From an uncultured delta proteobacterium (GTDB lineage Bacteria; Desulfobacterota; Binatia; UBA9968), in assembly GCA_963728565.1 (NCBI GenBank), contig CAVSLC010000005.1, positions 290,438-354,437 on the forward strand: 64,000 bases of DNA. The letters run 5' to 3'. Below, in pieces: positions 63,288 through 64,000 of the stretch. Under the pieces are notes generated by a model that worked only from the letters and a program-made list of their open reading frames with translations, did not search any database and was not told the DNA's origin. How positions within the stretch are numbered: position 1 is the stretch's first letter; each line of letters begins with the position of its first letter. A program made the position numbers and the translations under genes.

Positions 63288-63301
63288 GGGTAGTGATCCT
63301 C

Positions 63302-64000
63302 CTAGGAATTGTAATGGATACGGGGAATTCGAGCGCCGATGGAAGTGAGAATTTCGTAAGAGATTGTGTTTGCCCAAGCCGCCATCTCGTCGGCGGAGAT
63401 GGTTTCATTTTCTTGGGTGCCGAGGAGAACAACCTCATCTCCCTGGTGTATTTTTCCTATATCGGTAACATCCAGCATAGTCAAATCCATGCACACGCGT
63501 CCGGCCACCGGCGCGCGCTGGCCGGCGACCAATGCCTGTCCACGATTGGAAAGCAGCCTAGGATAACCATCGGCGTAGCCAATTGGCAGGGTCGCGATCA
63601 AGCTGTCACGCTTGGTAATGAACGTCTGACCGTAACTGATGCTGGTGTGGGGAGGGACCTTCTTAAGTTGCAAGATGCGCGTTTTCCAGGACAGCACCGG
63701 TTTCAGCGAAATTCGAGTGGCCATCTCGGGTGAGGGGTAAACTCCATAAAGCATCAGACCCGGTCGCACCATATTGAAATGGGCCTCCGGCAAAGTAATC
63801 GTGGCCGCGCTATTGGCAAGATGAACCACCGGCGGCGCAATCCCTACGGCGGCAAGACGTTTGACGAGATCGTGAAATATTTCCAACTGCTTGCGGGTAT
63901 ATTGGCCTTGGACGCTTTCGGCATGGGAGAAATGCGAAAAGACGCCCTCTACTTTGAGCGCCTTGAGCTTTTGTATCTGAGGTAGCCATGAGTCGTACTC
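63302..64000 (-). CDS. alr: Alanine racemase, C-terminal part; truncated by window edge
   Basis: HLANSAA, VRPGLMLYG, ISYG, IGYADG, GRVCMD, TISYE. Confidence 0.95.
   Translation of the reverse strand, partial: EYDSWLPQIQKLKALKVEGVFSHFSHAESVQGQYTRKQLEIFHDLVKRLAAVGIAPPVVHLANSAATITLPEAHFNMVRPGLMLYGVYPSPEMATRISLKPVLSWKTRILQLKKVPPHTSISYGQTFITKRDSLIATLPIGYADGYPRLLSNRGQALVAGQRAPVAGRVCMDLTMLDVTDIGKIHQGDEVVLLGTQENETISADEMAAWANTISYEILTSIGARIPRIHYNS

Noticed and set aside
63288-63301. Possible ZTP or purine riboswitch upstream of purH
   Set aside because: Only 14 nt separate alr and purH, leaving no room.

Overview
Bacterial chromosomal window (about 55-57% GC by eye), mostly housekeeping and envelope genes: ubiD-family decarboxylase, sodC, amgK/murU-like pair, rsmI, ligA, a split opp-type peptide ABC operon, greA, a MoxR/DUF58/VWA cluster, era-der, dprA-topA-trmFO-ppx, HU, ilvE, phnD/phnC, tsaC, purD, purH and alr. 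Gene style suggests a deltaproteobacterial-like lineage such as Candidatus Binatia; this is inference only. I found no rRNA, tRNA, CRISPR array, prophage or IS element. About nine single-base frameshifts, including in ligA and topA, look like long-read or assembly indels rather than true pseudogenes. The two strongest signals are both absent from the ORF track. (1) A 40-aa secreted micro-peptide gene (13013-13135) has a sigma-54 promoter, IHF-like and enhancer-like sites and a terminator, and lies divergent from a membrane histidine kinase plus NtrC-type activator; it is a candidate peptide signalling or feedback module. (2) A 75-aa glutaredoxin-like protein (8528-8755, minus) has two in-frame UGA codons, each followed by a SECIS-like hairpin, matching the UXX-star selenoprotein pattern. 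Also notable is an 885-aa fusion of a cNMP-binding domain, a MalT/STAND-like helical segment and an SLC13/DASS permease.
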